Positions 34,665-44,115 of a stretch of 55,877 nt of DNA are shown in pieces (position 1 is the first letter of the stretch; each line of letters starts with the position of its first letter). Where the stretch lies: the IMG/VR virus record IMGVR_UViG_3300050132_000092, positions 1-55,877 of that record; one strand, given 5' to 3'. The position numbers and the translations under genes are program-made. The DNA is from a virus (Duplodnaviria; Caudoviricetes). Below the pieces are notes generated by a model, which saw nothing but the letters and a program-made list of their open reading frames with translations, searched no databases and had not been told where the DNA came from.

Positions 34665-35009
34665 TTAATCCAGTTTCAATGAAGTAGTTACAAAGCCGGT
34701 AGTGCACATAGCCGAATTGACTGTTAAAATACCGGTATTGGTTATACCTGTGCAACGGTAGACCATGTTTGTGCCGCTGTTTACGATTGCATTTCCCACA
34801 AGAGGTATAGCCCCCGCATCAGAAGCGGTGACAGTTACATTGGATAATAGTGCATGCCCGTTGACGGTGGTGGATTGCAGGGCTTTGCCGTTTATCTCAA
34901 GCTGTCTATTTGTTGAATAATTGGTGAATTTAATACTTCCTATCACAGAAGCAGCTTCACAATTAGTGGTTACTAGCAAACAAATTATGATCAACGACTT
35001 TACCAACAT
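34665..35009 (-). CDS. tail-fibre-like small protein with a signal-peptide-like N-terminus
   Basis: TVNGHALLSNVTVTASDAGA fibre repeat motif. Confidence 0.55.
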   Translation of the reverse strand: MLVKSLIIICLLVTTNCEAASVIGSIKFTNYSTNRQLEINGKALQSTTVNGHALLSNVTVTASDAGAIPLVGNAIVNSGTNMVYRCTGITNTGILTVNSAMCTTGFVTTSLKLD

Positions 35010-35010
35010 A

Positions 35011-35358
35011 TCAATGTCCTCCGTTGATTTTTATCCATCCGATAAGAGCTGCCTTTACAGCAAACCACGTGCCTGACAACATTCCTGTTACAAGACCTGT
35101 TATAATTACAACCGACGCTATTTTTTGCGTTCGATTGATGTTTTTAGCCACACTGACCAGAGTGTCTTGTTCATCGCCTTCAAACGGGCAGACATGTGGT
35201 GTCTGAGCTATTTTAGCTATGCGGAAAATAATGAGCACGTCACCCTTAGTTAGAGAATATTCCCGGCGTTCAGATTTTGGATAATCGGCAGCGTCAGGTA
35301 ATATCTGCATGATTACTTCCAGTTTGTCTACGTCCGATTGCTCCGCCAGGTCTGGCAT
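35011..35358 (-). CDS. membrane protein
   Basis: C-terminal hydrophobic helix. Confidence 0.6.
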   Translation of the reverse strand: MPDLAEQSDVDKLEVIMQILPDAADYPKSERREYSLTKGDVLIIFRIAKIAQTPHVCPFEGDEQDTLVSVAKNINRTQKIASVVIITGLVTGMLSGTWFAVKAALIGWIKINGGH

Positions 35359-35367
35359 GTCAGGCTC

Positions 35368-35676
35368 CTATGATATAACTAAAATTTCCCATGTAGCCAC
35401 ACCACCTGTTACTTTTAGTACATATAATCCGTCTACTACTGGTACTGCGGGTGGAGCACCCGTTATCTGGCCGACCGAGTAGTCACCTATCTGTGGTACG
35501 ACTGCACCTGTTCTGCCGTTAAATGAAACAACATAAGAACCGACCACCGCGTTCGCGTTCACCTGCAATCTCTGAAAGAACAGCCGCCACACCGAAGAGG
35601 TGATAACGCTCTGCATATCGCCTTCCACCAACGGAGCGATTATTGGCGGTGGCTGTATGATCACCCCTTCTTCCAA
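35368..35676 (-). CDS. tail/needle-associated protein
   Basis: WRLFF segment and VVSFNGRTGAVV fibre motif. Confidence 0.55.
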   Translation of the reverse strand: MEEGVIIQPPPIIAPLVEGDMQSVITSSVWRLFFQRLQVNANAVVGSYVVSFNGRTGAVVPQIGDYSVGQITGAPPAVPVVDGLYVLKVTGGVATWEILVIS

Positions 35677-36206
35677 TCGTTAGCAGACACGTAAGGCACC
35701 AGTCGCACCGATTCGTTCTGAGTGTACAGACTGTAACTGACCTGACCGAGAATAGTACCTGTAGTTGGTGTAATTGTGACAAGATTCGCACTGGTATCAG
35801 TTTTTATGATAAGCACCGGATTGGCACCTGCGCCGTTAGCTGACGGTATGGAAACATTTACCGTGGCGAGAGTCGCGTCATAGAAACTGATCTGGTCGAT
35901 ACCGTTTGCCAGTCCTGACCCTGTTACGTCTGGACTGGATTCAATCAGAATACCGTTAATGTCATACAGCGCCACGCTGTAGTCGCCACTCAGCCATACG
36001 TCGGCCTTGCCGCTGCCGTCCATCACGACAGGATTGGTGTTAGCCACACTGCCGGTTGCGTCGGTGTAGGTTGCTTTGGGGAACGACTGTGTGGGTCCGG
36101 CGACAGTACCGGGCTGTGCGGTATAGAGCTTGCCGCCTACTAGCGGTGCGCCGGTCGGGTAGACTTCGTACAGCCTGACCATCTGGGAGAGATTTAAGAG
36201 GGACAT
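35661..36206 (-). CDS. tailspike head-binding-like adaptor
   Basis: GGKLYT..GT...TYTD..G...NTNPVVMDGSG. Confidence 0.65.
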   Translation of the reverse strand: MSLLNLSQMVRLYEVYPTGAPLVGGKLYTAQPGTVAGPTQSFPKATYTDATGSVANTNPVVMDGSGKADVWLSGDYSVALYDINGILIESSPDVTGSGLANGIDQISFYDATLATVNVSIPSANGAGANPVLIIKTDTSANLVTITPTTGTILGQVSYSLYTQNESVRLVPYVSANDWKKG

Positions 36207-36210
36207 AGTG

Positions 36211-36615
36211 TCAGACTCCTATGGGTGTGTGGCTGTCAGCAGGGAACAAGTCATCAATGGTCTTTTCGTACTCAGCCCAATCGTTGCCGGAAAAGATGAT
36301 GAACGCCCGTTCAATTACATCTGCTTCCATGTGGGTCTTGTGGTAGGGCGCGTCAGGTGACAAGCCGGGGTCATCAAGCTCGGCTCCTGGCCCACTATCA
36401 AACGCATCCACACTGGCGTCCGTAATACCGAGTTGATTGTTACGGAATTTTTCTATCAGTTCGTGCAGTAGGATAGCCTGACTGAAAGCAACGTTTGGTA
36501 GCTTAGTAATCCGAAATTCTATAGACGTGTCAGTTTCCCAATAGTCACCTACCTGCTCGACATCGTTAAAGCGTTGTTCGGACTGCGGAATGAATTTGAT
36601 ATTAATGTCTTTCAT
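36211..36615 (-). CDS. HExxE metalloprotein-like hypothetical protein
   Basis: VGDYW, LLHELIE, DPG....APYHKTH. Confidence 0.6.
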   Translation of the reverse strand: MKDINIKFIPQSEQRFNDVEQVGDYWETDTSIEFRITKLPNVAFSQAILLHELIEKFRNNQLGITDASVDAFDSGPGAELDDPGLSPDAPYHKTHMEADVIERAFIIFSGNDWAEYEKTIDDLFPADSHTPIGV

Positions 36616-36640
36616 GCAGTCACCATTACCTCATTTTCAT

Positions 36641-38260
36641 TTAAAAAACAATGCCAAACTGCTCGCCTGCTTTAACGGCGTCCGTTGCTTCATCGAACCC
36701 CGACGGATCGTACTTATAATCATCGGCTTCTATACTCTCAGCAACTTCCTTCACCTTACAGATAGCTTCTTTTAATGTGTCGGCGTATGCAACCACAGCA
36801 CCAAAAAACGCGCCGTTTTGATTTGGGATGCAGTAGAACTCCCCGTCGCGTACCGAGTGATTTTTCAGTTTAACATGACACTTATATTTCTTAGGAAATT
36901 TGATGTGCATCTCGTGTTCGCAGTACCACTCGGATGTGAGTACCAGTTCGGCTACAAATTTACCCTGCGGTCTGAGTACCGGCACTTGACCACATGCGAT
37001 CTGATATAATGCCTCAGCCCAATTCTCATAAACCTCGCAAATCACTTCACCAGGAGGACTCGGGCAACGCTCCGTGGGGTCTATATAATACTTTAATCCA
37101 TCTTTTGTAACTCTTATTTCGGTAGATAGATTGCCCCTGCCACCTAACTCTTTTTGGCTTGGTGCAAATGCCTCGTTAATTTCAGCCAGTAAGTCAGGAG
37201 TCTTAGGAAACACCTTGCCTGCAAAACAAATGTCTTTAATTTCATAACCGACAATGCAGTTTTCCGTATATTCACCGTCAACACAGAAACCATCGTAACC
37301 GACTTCAGCCACGGCCTCGATTTTATGCTGGATCAGCACATCCATAGTGTCAGACGCAGTACCGACTCGTTTTACCAAGTCGTCAAGCCACGGGCGTATC
37401 TGCGACATACTGGAGAACTTCTTGCTCTCAAAGTCACCTCGATGAAGATTTTTAAGGAATAGCGTAGTATTGTCGTGCTTGATTAGATATTCCCGAAGTT
37501 CTTTTAGTCCGTGGGCGATATACGTTTCGGCGGCTGGTAGTTTAAGTTCCTTCAGTTTATCCATGAAGTAAATTTTATCAATTTCCAGTTTTTCAGCACG
37601 ACCGCTACCAAACACCTTGTAGCCCTTATGTCTGAGCCAGTGCTGTAACTCCCCGTCGTAGCAATCAGGAAAAACAACTAGATCAGCGTCATCTATATGC
37701 TTCCAGAAGTCGTGAATACGTTTAACCTTGGCGATCCCCATGCCGATTGTGTGCTTCTGGCTGGTCGGGTAGCTATCGCTGTCGGCCAGATAGTACATGA
37801 CCGTCTGGTATTTTTCGGCTAACTTTTCAGCCCAATAGAGATGTAGCCCACCACGGTCGTACACAATAGCGGTCATTTTACTTACGTCTATCGGTTCGGC
37901 AGTCACAGGTGCTGGCTCCCGTAATTCCCCCTCTTGTAATTCAAATCCGTTCTCCCGTTCTTCCGGCGTTATCTTCATAACAATACCTTTGGCGGCAGCG
38001 TAGATGTGGGAGTGCAGACCCTCGGCGGGTACTTTACGCCGTACTTTCGCATAGATGTCAGGCTCAAAGCGCTGGAGCCACGACAGCGCCTGGGTGCGGC
38101 TCAACCACATGCGCTCGTTGTCGGATGGGACAAAGCCGTGCATCGAGTCGTTACGGACGTGCAGACCGTGGCGAGTTTTAATGTGGTCGTGGTTTTCGTC
38201 ACGCTGGCCGATATGGATAGTCTTGCCGACTTTTACGGCTGTTTTAAGGTGTACTGCCAT
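36641..38260 (-). CDS. ATP-grasp ligase (PurD/GARS-like fold)
   Basis: VFGSG..EKLEIDK, LIQHKIE...EVGYDG, YYIDPTER.P.PP pattern. Confidence 0.65.
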   Translation of the reverse strand: MAVHLKTAVKVGKTIHIGQRDENHDHIKTRHGLHVRNDSMHGFVPSDNERMWLSRTQALSWLQRFEPDIYAKVRRKVPAEGLHSHIYAAAKGIVMKITPEERENGFELQEGELREPAPVTAEPIDVSKMTAIVYDRGGLHLYWAEKLAEKYQTVMYYLADSDSYPTSQKHTIGMGIAKVKRIHDFWKHIDDADLVVFPDCYDGELQHWLRHKGYKVFGSGRAEKLEIDKIYFMDKLKELKLPAAETYIAHGLKELREYLIKHDNTTLFLKNLHRGDFESKKFSSMSQIRPWLDDLVKRVGTASDTMDVLIQHKIEAVAEVGYDGFCVDGEYTENCIVGYEIKDICFAGKVFPKTPDLLAEINEAFAPSQKELGGRGNLSTEIRVTKDGLKYYIDPTERCPSPPGEVICEVYENWAEALYQIACGQVPVLRPQGKFVAELVLTSEWYCEHEMHIKFPKKYKCHVKLKNHSVRDGEFYCIPNQNGAFFGAVVAYADTLKEAICKVKEVAESIEADDYKYDPSGFDEATDAVKAGEQFGIVF

Positions 38261-41200
38261 CAGGGTTGCTCCTGTTCTTGCCGGTCGCTCGGCTGTGGCT
38301 GCATCGCACCGCTCACTACCCCTGCACCTGCCGCCTTACTGAAATCACCGAAAACCTGTCTCATTATCTTTGGCGACACTTTCTCACCGCTCATTATCTC
38401 GTTCAGCACAGCGGCTTTCTCAGGATCGAGTAATGCCTGCTTCATTATGGTGCTGACCTGCTCAGTAGACACACCGAGAACACGGTCGCCGATAGCCTGC
38501 ACCAAATTCTTGGATGCTGAATATTTCCAGCCCACACCGCTCGTCACAGCCGCCAGATGCAACGCCTGTTCAGCCAGCGTCATGAACAGATCGGGTTTCA
38601 CCGCGTCCAGTGCGCCTTTTGCATCACGACCAATTATCTCCATGCGGTGAGCGTAGTTCTTGAGTTCCTGTTCCCACTTGGCACCGAACAGCGTTTTTGC
38701 CGCGTAGCCGTATTTCTTGACGATGACGCGGTGAGCTTCCTGTGCGGTCAGCATCGGGTTCTTCATTTTATCGGCACGTTTCGCCAGACCACCGGGATAC
38801 AGTGTTTCTTCGATGTCGCGACCAAACTGCCCCTTAACGAGATTGCGTGCTGGTTCTTCAAGACCGAGTGTTTTAAGAGCCGACTTGTTATCAGCCAGCC
38901 ACTTGGCGGCACCCTCCACGTCCATGACGCCTTTTTTCACATGCCTGCTGACAAGCTGCTCGACCACATGGGGCATTGACATTTCGGCGGCGGCAATCTG
39001 TCCCTGTGATTCCACCAGGTCTTTCGCGCCACGCGGGGTGAACAGTTTGCTCGGCACCTGTTCGGACGTCATTCTCAGACCGCTCGACTCATTGCCTTCC
39101 TGCAATACCTTGGCGACAGCACCTCTGTAGTATTTGTCGAACAGATCCGTCTTGGCTGTTGTAGTGGCGTTGGCTATTTTAGCAGCTATGTCAACAGCAG
39201 GTGTGGCAGCATCGAGAGTGGACTGAAGGGCAGTACGGCGGGCGGTCAGGTTGTCTATGATCGGGTTGGTGGTGGGTTTAGGTGCTTTCACTTGTTTTGC
39301 TACATTAAACGGAATAACAACATCACTCTTGTATTTTGAAAGCCGGTCAGAATAATATCCCTCTTCCATTTCAGAAGGTACATCCACAACATTTTTAACG
39401 ATAAGTGCGTCATGTCCGTCTTTTTTAGCTTGTGTGATTGCTTCTTCGTAATTACCCCATTCACCTTTCACCTTGCCACCAGCATCAATAGTTTTGGGAT
39501 TTGTGATATCTAAACTATGTCCCGACACTTTGCCATAAAGTCTTGCCGGTCGTCGGTCTGTAAAGAAATATGACTCACCATCTGGCATTCCTTTTAATGG
39601 TGTAGCCGAATTGTCGCCCCGATAGTATTTGGTATTATCGCTACCCATCGGCACGTAATCACCAGCCTTCCCCTTACCTTCCAACCACTTTAGCCGGTCA
39701 GCGAGCGATTTGGCGTACATGGTGTCCGACACGCCAGTGTTCTGCATAACCGTCTCACCCTTACCGGCCAGATAGTCGCGCAGATGGATGTTCTGTTCTT
39801 TGACGGACACGGGGGCTGTCTGAGCTTTAGCAATCTGCTCGTCGATACCTGCTATTTCGTCCCTAATATGTGAGGGTATGATAAGTTTCTCACCAACCGC
39901 CATTATGTCACCCTTACCGGCGGCTTCACTTAATACGGCAACCTGAGCGTCAAGAGCGGTGTCCAGTTTGCCTAGCACACGAGCAGTCTGTCGGTCGCCT
40001 GACATCCGAGCTAGTGATATTTCGTCACCCACACTCTGCTGTAGTGCTACGATGCCGTGAACCGTATCGGGTTCCTCTTTAGCGTACTTCATGAAATTGT
40101 TGACCGCTTTTCTGGCTCGCTGCACCATTGGTGTTTTCAGTAGCGCGGCACCTGTACTGTTAAACGTATCTCGGTCAGTCGTATAGCCAGGTATTTCATC
40201 GTACAGACCACTCACTTTAGTCTGAGTGGTGCCCTTGCCTTTTTGCAGTCTGGCTACCTGTGCGTCACCAATTTCACCCTTTGACATTGCAACAGGTAAT
40301 TCTTTCTGTTCGCCAAAAGCACCTTGCATTTTTTCCAGGCTGGCCTTATTGAGTGCTGCGTTGTTATAGGCCAGTTCCGTTGCGAAAGTAGGGTCAGTAT
40401 TCTTGAAATGCTCCTGAAGGCGCAACGCTCCAATATTACCGGTGGCCTGTCCCGGTGTCAGGTGTGCTTTCTGACCGAGAGCGTTTGTAGCGTTCAGACC
40501 GCCGAACAGTTTATTTGACTCAACACCGGTCTGCTTTTCCTGCTGTGCTAGCAACGGCGAGTCGGTTTTCTGGATGTCTTGATACCGTTCCGCCGCCCGA
40601 TACGCTCGGCGTTTATTGGTATACGGCAGACCTTCTTTCATCAGGTTATTCTTAACCGTGCCACCAACTTTACCGACAGCACTCAGACCAGGTTTAAGAC
40701 CGTACAGACCGGCGACATCTCCAGCAAACTCAGCGGCACCTTGCACCAGTTCAGGCTGACCGGTCAGTTGACCGAGTTTATTAACCACACCTCCTGTAGC
40801 ACCACCGATAACCTGACCGGTCATTGACGGTCCGAGAGGTGACTCCATCGGCTTGTAGGGTGTGGTTTCCCGACCCGCAAACTCAGCGGCGTCAGCCACT
40901 CCTTTGCCTTTGTGACGTTCCGACAGATAAGCAGGCAGTTCTTCCGTCAGTCCGTGAACAGCCTTGCCGACAGTATTTGCCAGACCAGTAACACCCTCGG
41001 CAGCAAAACGGAACGGTTCAGCCTGTACGGCTTTCCATTTGTCCCATGCACGACGCGCTGCTGAGGGTTTGTCGGCGGGTGGCGGTGCAGGTGGGGTGCT
41101 GTCAGCAGGCTTACCCGCCGCCGCCGCCCCACCAGGCTTCCACCACGGTTGCTGCTTCATTTCGTTCAACATACCGGACTGACCATTACTACTGAGCTTG

Positions 41201-41307
41201 CCGTAACCCGACGGGTCGGCTTCTTTCATAATAGCGTGACGTTCGTTCCACGGTTTGCTCTGGAAGTCAGGATCACGCATCAGTCCATCGATATTATATT
41301 CGGCCAT
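38260..41307 (-). CDS. large DNA ejection protein (gp16-like) with an inserted ART-like domain
   Basis: Position after gp7/gp20-like genes; LTPGQATG motif; start MAEYNI after GAGG. Confidence 0.7.
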   Translation of the reverse strand: MAEYNIDGLMRDPDFQSKPWNERHAIMKEADPSGYGKLSSNGQSGMLNEMKQQPWWKPGGAAAAGKPADSTPPAPPPADKPSAARRAWDKWKAVQAEPFRFAAEGVTGLANTVGKAVHGLTEELPAYLSERHKGKGVADAAEFAGRETTPYKPMESPLGPSMTGQVIGGATGGVVNKLGQLTGQPELVQGAAEFAGDVAGLYGLKPGLSAVGKVGGTVKNNLMKEGLPYTNKRRAYRAAERYQDIQKTDSPLLAQQEKQTGVESNKLFGGLNATNALGQKAHLTPGQATGNIGALRLQEHFKNTDPTFATELAYNNAALNKASLEKMQGAFGEQKELPVAMSKGEIGDAQVARLQKGKGTTQTKVSGLYDEIPGYTTDRDTFNSTGAALLKTPMVQRARKAVNNFMKYAKEEPDTVHGIVALQQSVGDEISLARMSGDRQTARVLGKLDTALDAQVAVLSEAAGKGDIMAVGEKLIIPSHIRDEIAGIDEQIAKAQTAPVSVKEQNIHLRDYLAGKGETVMQNTGVSDTMYAKSLADRLKWLEGKGKAGDYVPMGSDNTKYYRGDNSATPLKGMPDGESYFFTDRRPARLYGKVSGHSLDITNPKTIDAGGKVKGEWGNYEEAITQAKKDGHDALIVKNVVDVPSEMEEGYYSDRLSKYKSDVVIPFNVAKQVKAPKPTTNPIIDNLTARRTALQSTLDAATPAVDIAAKIANATTTAKTDLFDKYYRGAVAKVLQEGNESSGLRMTSEQVPSKLFTPRGAKDLVESQGQIAAAEMSMPHVVEQLVSRHVKKGVMDVEGAAKWLADNKSALKTLGLEEPARNLVKGQFGRDIEETLYPGGLAKRADKMKNPMLTAQEAHRVIVKKYGYAAKTLFGAKWEQELKNYAHRMEIIGRDAKGALDAVKPDLFMTLAEQALHLAAVTSGVGWKYSASKNLVQAIGDRVLGVSTEQVSTIMKQALLDPEKAAVLNEIMSGEKVSPKIMRQVFGDFSKAAGAGVVSGAMQPQPSDRQEQEQP

Positions 41308-41443
41308 TAGTGCCTCAGTCTTTGAAAAATTCCATAAGCTGCACGTACAATTCGGTGTCTTTTTCAATAATTACTGTTGTGCCGAACTCGGTAGTTTCAA
41401 CTTTATGGACTGGTGAAAGTTCTAACACTAGCGGATCATCGTT

Positions 41444-43198
41444 TTATTTATTCCTGTACTTATCAAGTAGAGAAGAGTGTGACAGCCCACCACTTGCCGC
41501 TGGTGCTGTATCATCAGTTAGACTTGCACTGTCACCTTCGGTACGTTGTCTCTCTAAACTGTCAATCTGTGCTCGATTTGCTTTATGAGCGTTTTTACCA
41601 AGCTGAACTCCTGTGTTCAACACCTTCTCCAGTTCACCCATAGTCATGTCCATATCATGTATTCTTGCCATTTCTTTCGCCTGGTCGATTGATACCTCGG
41701 CTACTCCTAATGAACCAGACTCCACTTTAGCTACTTCATTCGATGTAGATTTTAACACCAGTTTAAGTGACGCCAGATCACCGCTGCCCATATACCGACC
41801 CAATGTGTTAATAGGCATGTTCACCATTTTATTCCAGTTAGCACCATATTTACTTCTCATTGCTTTAAACATTTTAGTATTTTCGTCAATCTTACCCGTG
41901 TACGTGCCGACCAGTGCATCACGTTTCTTAATATCGCGAATAACGTCATTATTGGCTTTCAGATCGGCGCGACCCATAACGACATTTGACCCGTTCGTTT
42001 TACCAGTCTTCACATATTCTGCAAACTCTTTACCGAATGCTCGTTTGCTGGAAGCATCTCTGAAACCGAACGGTGGTATCGCTGTTTTGTCCAGTTTGTA
42101 CATATCGAACCAGACTTTTTTAGTGTCGGCATCCCATTTAGCAAACGGTGGTGTCTCACCATCTACTCGTTTAGTAGCCGCTTCTTTCAGCTTGAAGGTC
42201 ATTTCGGTTTTAGTCGCAGCCGCTTTTGCTTTCTCGGCAATTATCTGTTTTCCTGCAACCATCTCGACTTTCTTCTTGTCCCATGTCGGATTTGCTTTAG
42301 AAATGTCTGCTTTCAGACCGTCATAATATCCGCCTTCTGGTGTCTGTGTCTCTTTGACAGGCTCCCATTTAACCGGCTTGTCGCCCTTCATACCAATTTT
42401 ATAGCCTCCAGGCGGTGTATCAGGAGTAATACCCAGTTCAGGAAACTTAGTCGCTAGACCTTTCAGTTCTTCAGCAGTATACTGTCTGGTGATCTCTGTT
42501 TCGCCTTTACCGGTAACTTTAATACTGTCGAATTTAGGCATCATGTGAGCAACATCAGGATCGTTCTGAGCCTGCTTCATTAACTCCTGAAAACCCTCAT
42601 TATTATTGTTATCAGCTAGTTGTTTACCGAATTCTTTGTAAAGGCTTATTTTAGACGTTGCTCTGGCACTACGTTCCGATGTTTCCTGTGCGGTAATCTG
42701 CTGGTCGTAACCTTGTGCGTCAGCCGCAGTAATCTTACCAGAATTATATAGGTCACGCAGTTTCGCACGCTGTTGGTTGTAGTCGGTAGTAGGTGGTTGT
42801 GGTGGCTGACCAGCAGGAGGTTGACCGGCAGGAGGCTGACCAGCAGGAGGCGATAGTTGATTGGTTACTTGTTGCTGTGGTGGAGTGGTGGGCGGCATTT
42901 GACCTGTAGCGGGTGCAGGCTGACCGGCAGGAGGCGATAGTTGGTTGGTTACAGCAGGCACCTGCGATTGTGCTGAAAGCTGATTGCCATACAGCGCCTC
43001 GGCCACGATGTTAGCCGTAGATTTCTTACGGGCAGTTTCGTCATTAGCCATGTGCATAAGTCGGTTCTGATACCGCTGTTCCTGCACAGCGTCGCCATAA
43101 GCGGCCATCTCGGCGGCGGCTTGCTGTCTGCGCATACCCTCGTCGTTACCGGCGACACCAGCTTTATAAACATCATAGGCGGTCAGCATGTTTTCCAT
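41444..43198 (-). CDS. DNA ejection protein (gp20-like)
   Basis: Synteny; Q/P/A-rich, helical composition. Confidence 0.6.
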   Translation of the reverse strand: MENMLTAYDVYKAGVAGNDEGMRRQQAAAEMAAYGDAVQEQRYQNRLMHMANDETARKKSTANIVAEALYGNQLSAQSQVPAVTNQLSPPAGQPAPATGQMPPTTPPQQQVTNQLSPPAGQPPAGQPPAGQPPQPPTTDYNQQRAKLRDLYNSGKITAADAQGYDQQITAQETSERSARATSKISLYKEFGKQLADNNNNEGFQELMKQAQNDPDVAHMMPKFDSIKVTGKGETEITRQYTAEELKGLATKFPELGITPDTPPGGYKIGMKGDKPVKWEPVKETQTPEGGYYDGLKADISKANPTWDKKKVEMVAGKQIIAEKAKAAATKTEMTFKLKEAATKRVDGETPPFAKWDADTKKVWFDMYKLDKTAIPPFGFRDASSKRAFGKEFAEYVKTGKTNGSNVVMGRADLKANNDVIRDIKKRDALVGTYTGKIDENTKMFKAMRSKYGANWNKMVNMPINTLGRYMGSGDLASLKLVLKSTSNEVAKVESGSLGVAEVSIDQAKEMARIHDMDMTMGELEKVLNTGVQLGKNAHKANRAQIDSLERQRTEGDSASLTDDTAPAASGGLSHSSLLDKYRNK

Positions 43199-44115
43199 CA
43201 GTAACTCCCATAAGCGTTAGAAGTCGGTGGGCCGACTGAAGCAGGGTCATTATAAGTGTAGCCGTAACCACCACCAGCAGGGTTATAGCTCATGTTGTTC
43301 TGTTGAGCGGTTTGGTAGTTATTCAGGTTATTCTGAGCGTTATAAGCCTGTAAACCGCCCATAAGCTGATTAGAGATGCTGTTGACACCTTGTATGGTAT
43401 TCTGCTGACCCTGTATGCCGAACTGACCGCTGTTCGTCGCCGCTGTCATCAGATTATTACCGACCTGATTGGCCATATTCTGACCGGCACTGGACAGTTG
43501 GCTGTTAGCCGTCTGGCCTGTCTGAGCCACGCCAGCCAGACGGTTATATATCGAGGTCTGACCGGCAATCTGTGAGTTATAGGTGTCTTGCTGCTGCTGG
43601 TAGGCCCGGTTATACGCGTTACTGTACTCCTGTGAGCCAGCCTGCTGACCGTAATTAACCAACGCCGTACCGAGATTGCCCGACCCTAGATTACCGGCGG
43701 CAGAACCGGCGGCGGTCAATGCATTCACACCTTGCTGTGTACGGAAAGCGTAACCGGGGTCTTGCTGTATTTTACTCTGGTCGAACTGGAAGGTCGGTAC
43801 GGTGGAAAACTGACCACCCGGTTGCGTACCGGCGGCGAGCTGGTTGACTGCTCCTGTACCTGCCTGTAGCCAGGGGGCGATATTCGCCTGCTGAGTGTTG
43901 AACTGCTGTTGCTGCGTGGCGTTGGCGTTACTGGCAGCAGCTTGCTGTTCGGCAGTGGCGTTAGCAGCAGAACTAGAAGCCGACGTAGCTGCATATATGC
44001 CTGCTCCTGCTGCAACCACGCCGCCTATGACAATAGCTTCAGCAATACCCATGAACCGAGGAGTCATACGACCGTAACCCGTACCAATAATAAATCGTTC
44101 CCAGGGTTTATACAT
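43198..44115 (-). CDS. DNA transfer/pilot protein (gp7-like)
   Basis: PWLQAG..A, DPGYAFR..QG, YGQQ.GSQEY and YNRLAG motifs. Confidence 0.8.
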   Translation of the reverse strand: MYKPWERFIIGTGYGRMTPRFMGIAEAIVIGGVVAAGAGIYAATSASSSAANATAEQQAAASNANATQQQQFNTQQANIAPWLQAGTGAVNQLAAGTQPGGQFSTVPTFQFDQSKIQQDPGYAFRTQQGVNALTAAGSAAGNLGSGNLGTALVNYGQQAGSQEYSNAYNRAYQQQQDTYNSQIAGQTSIYNRLAGVAQTGQTANSQLSSAGQNMANQVGNNLMTAATNSGQFGIQGQQNTIQGVNSISNQLMGGLQAYNAQNNLNNYQTAQQNNMSYNPAGGGYGYTYNDPASVGPPTSNAYGSY

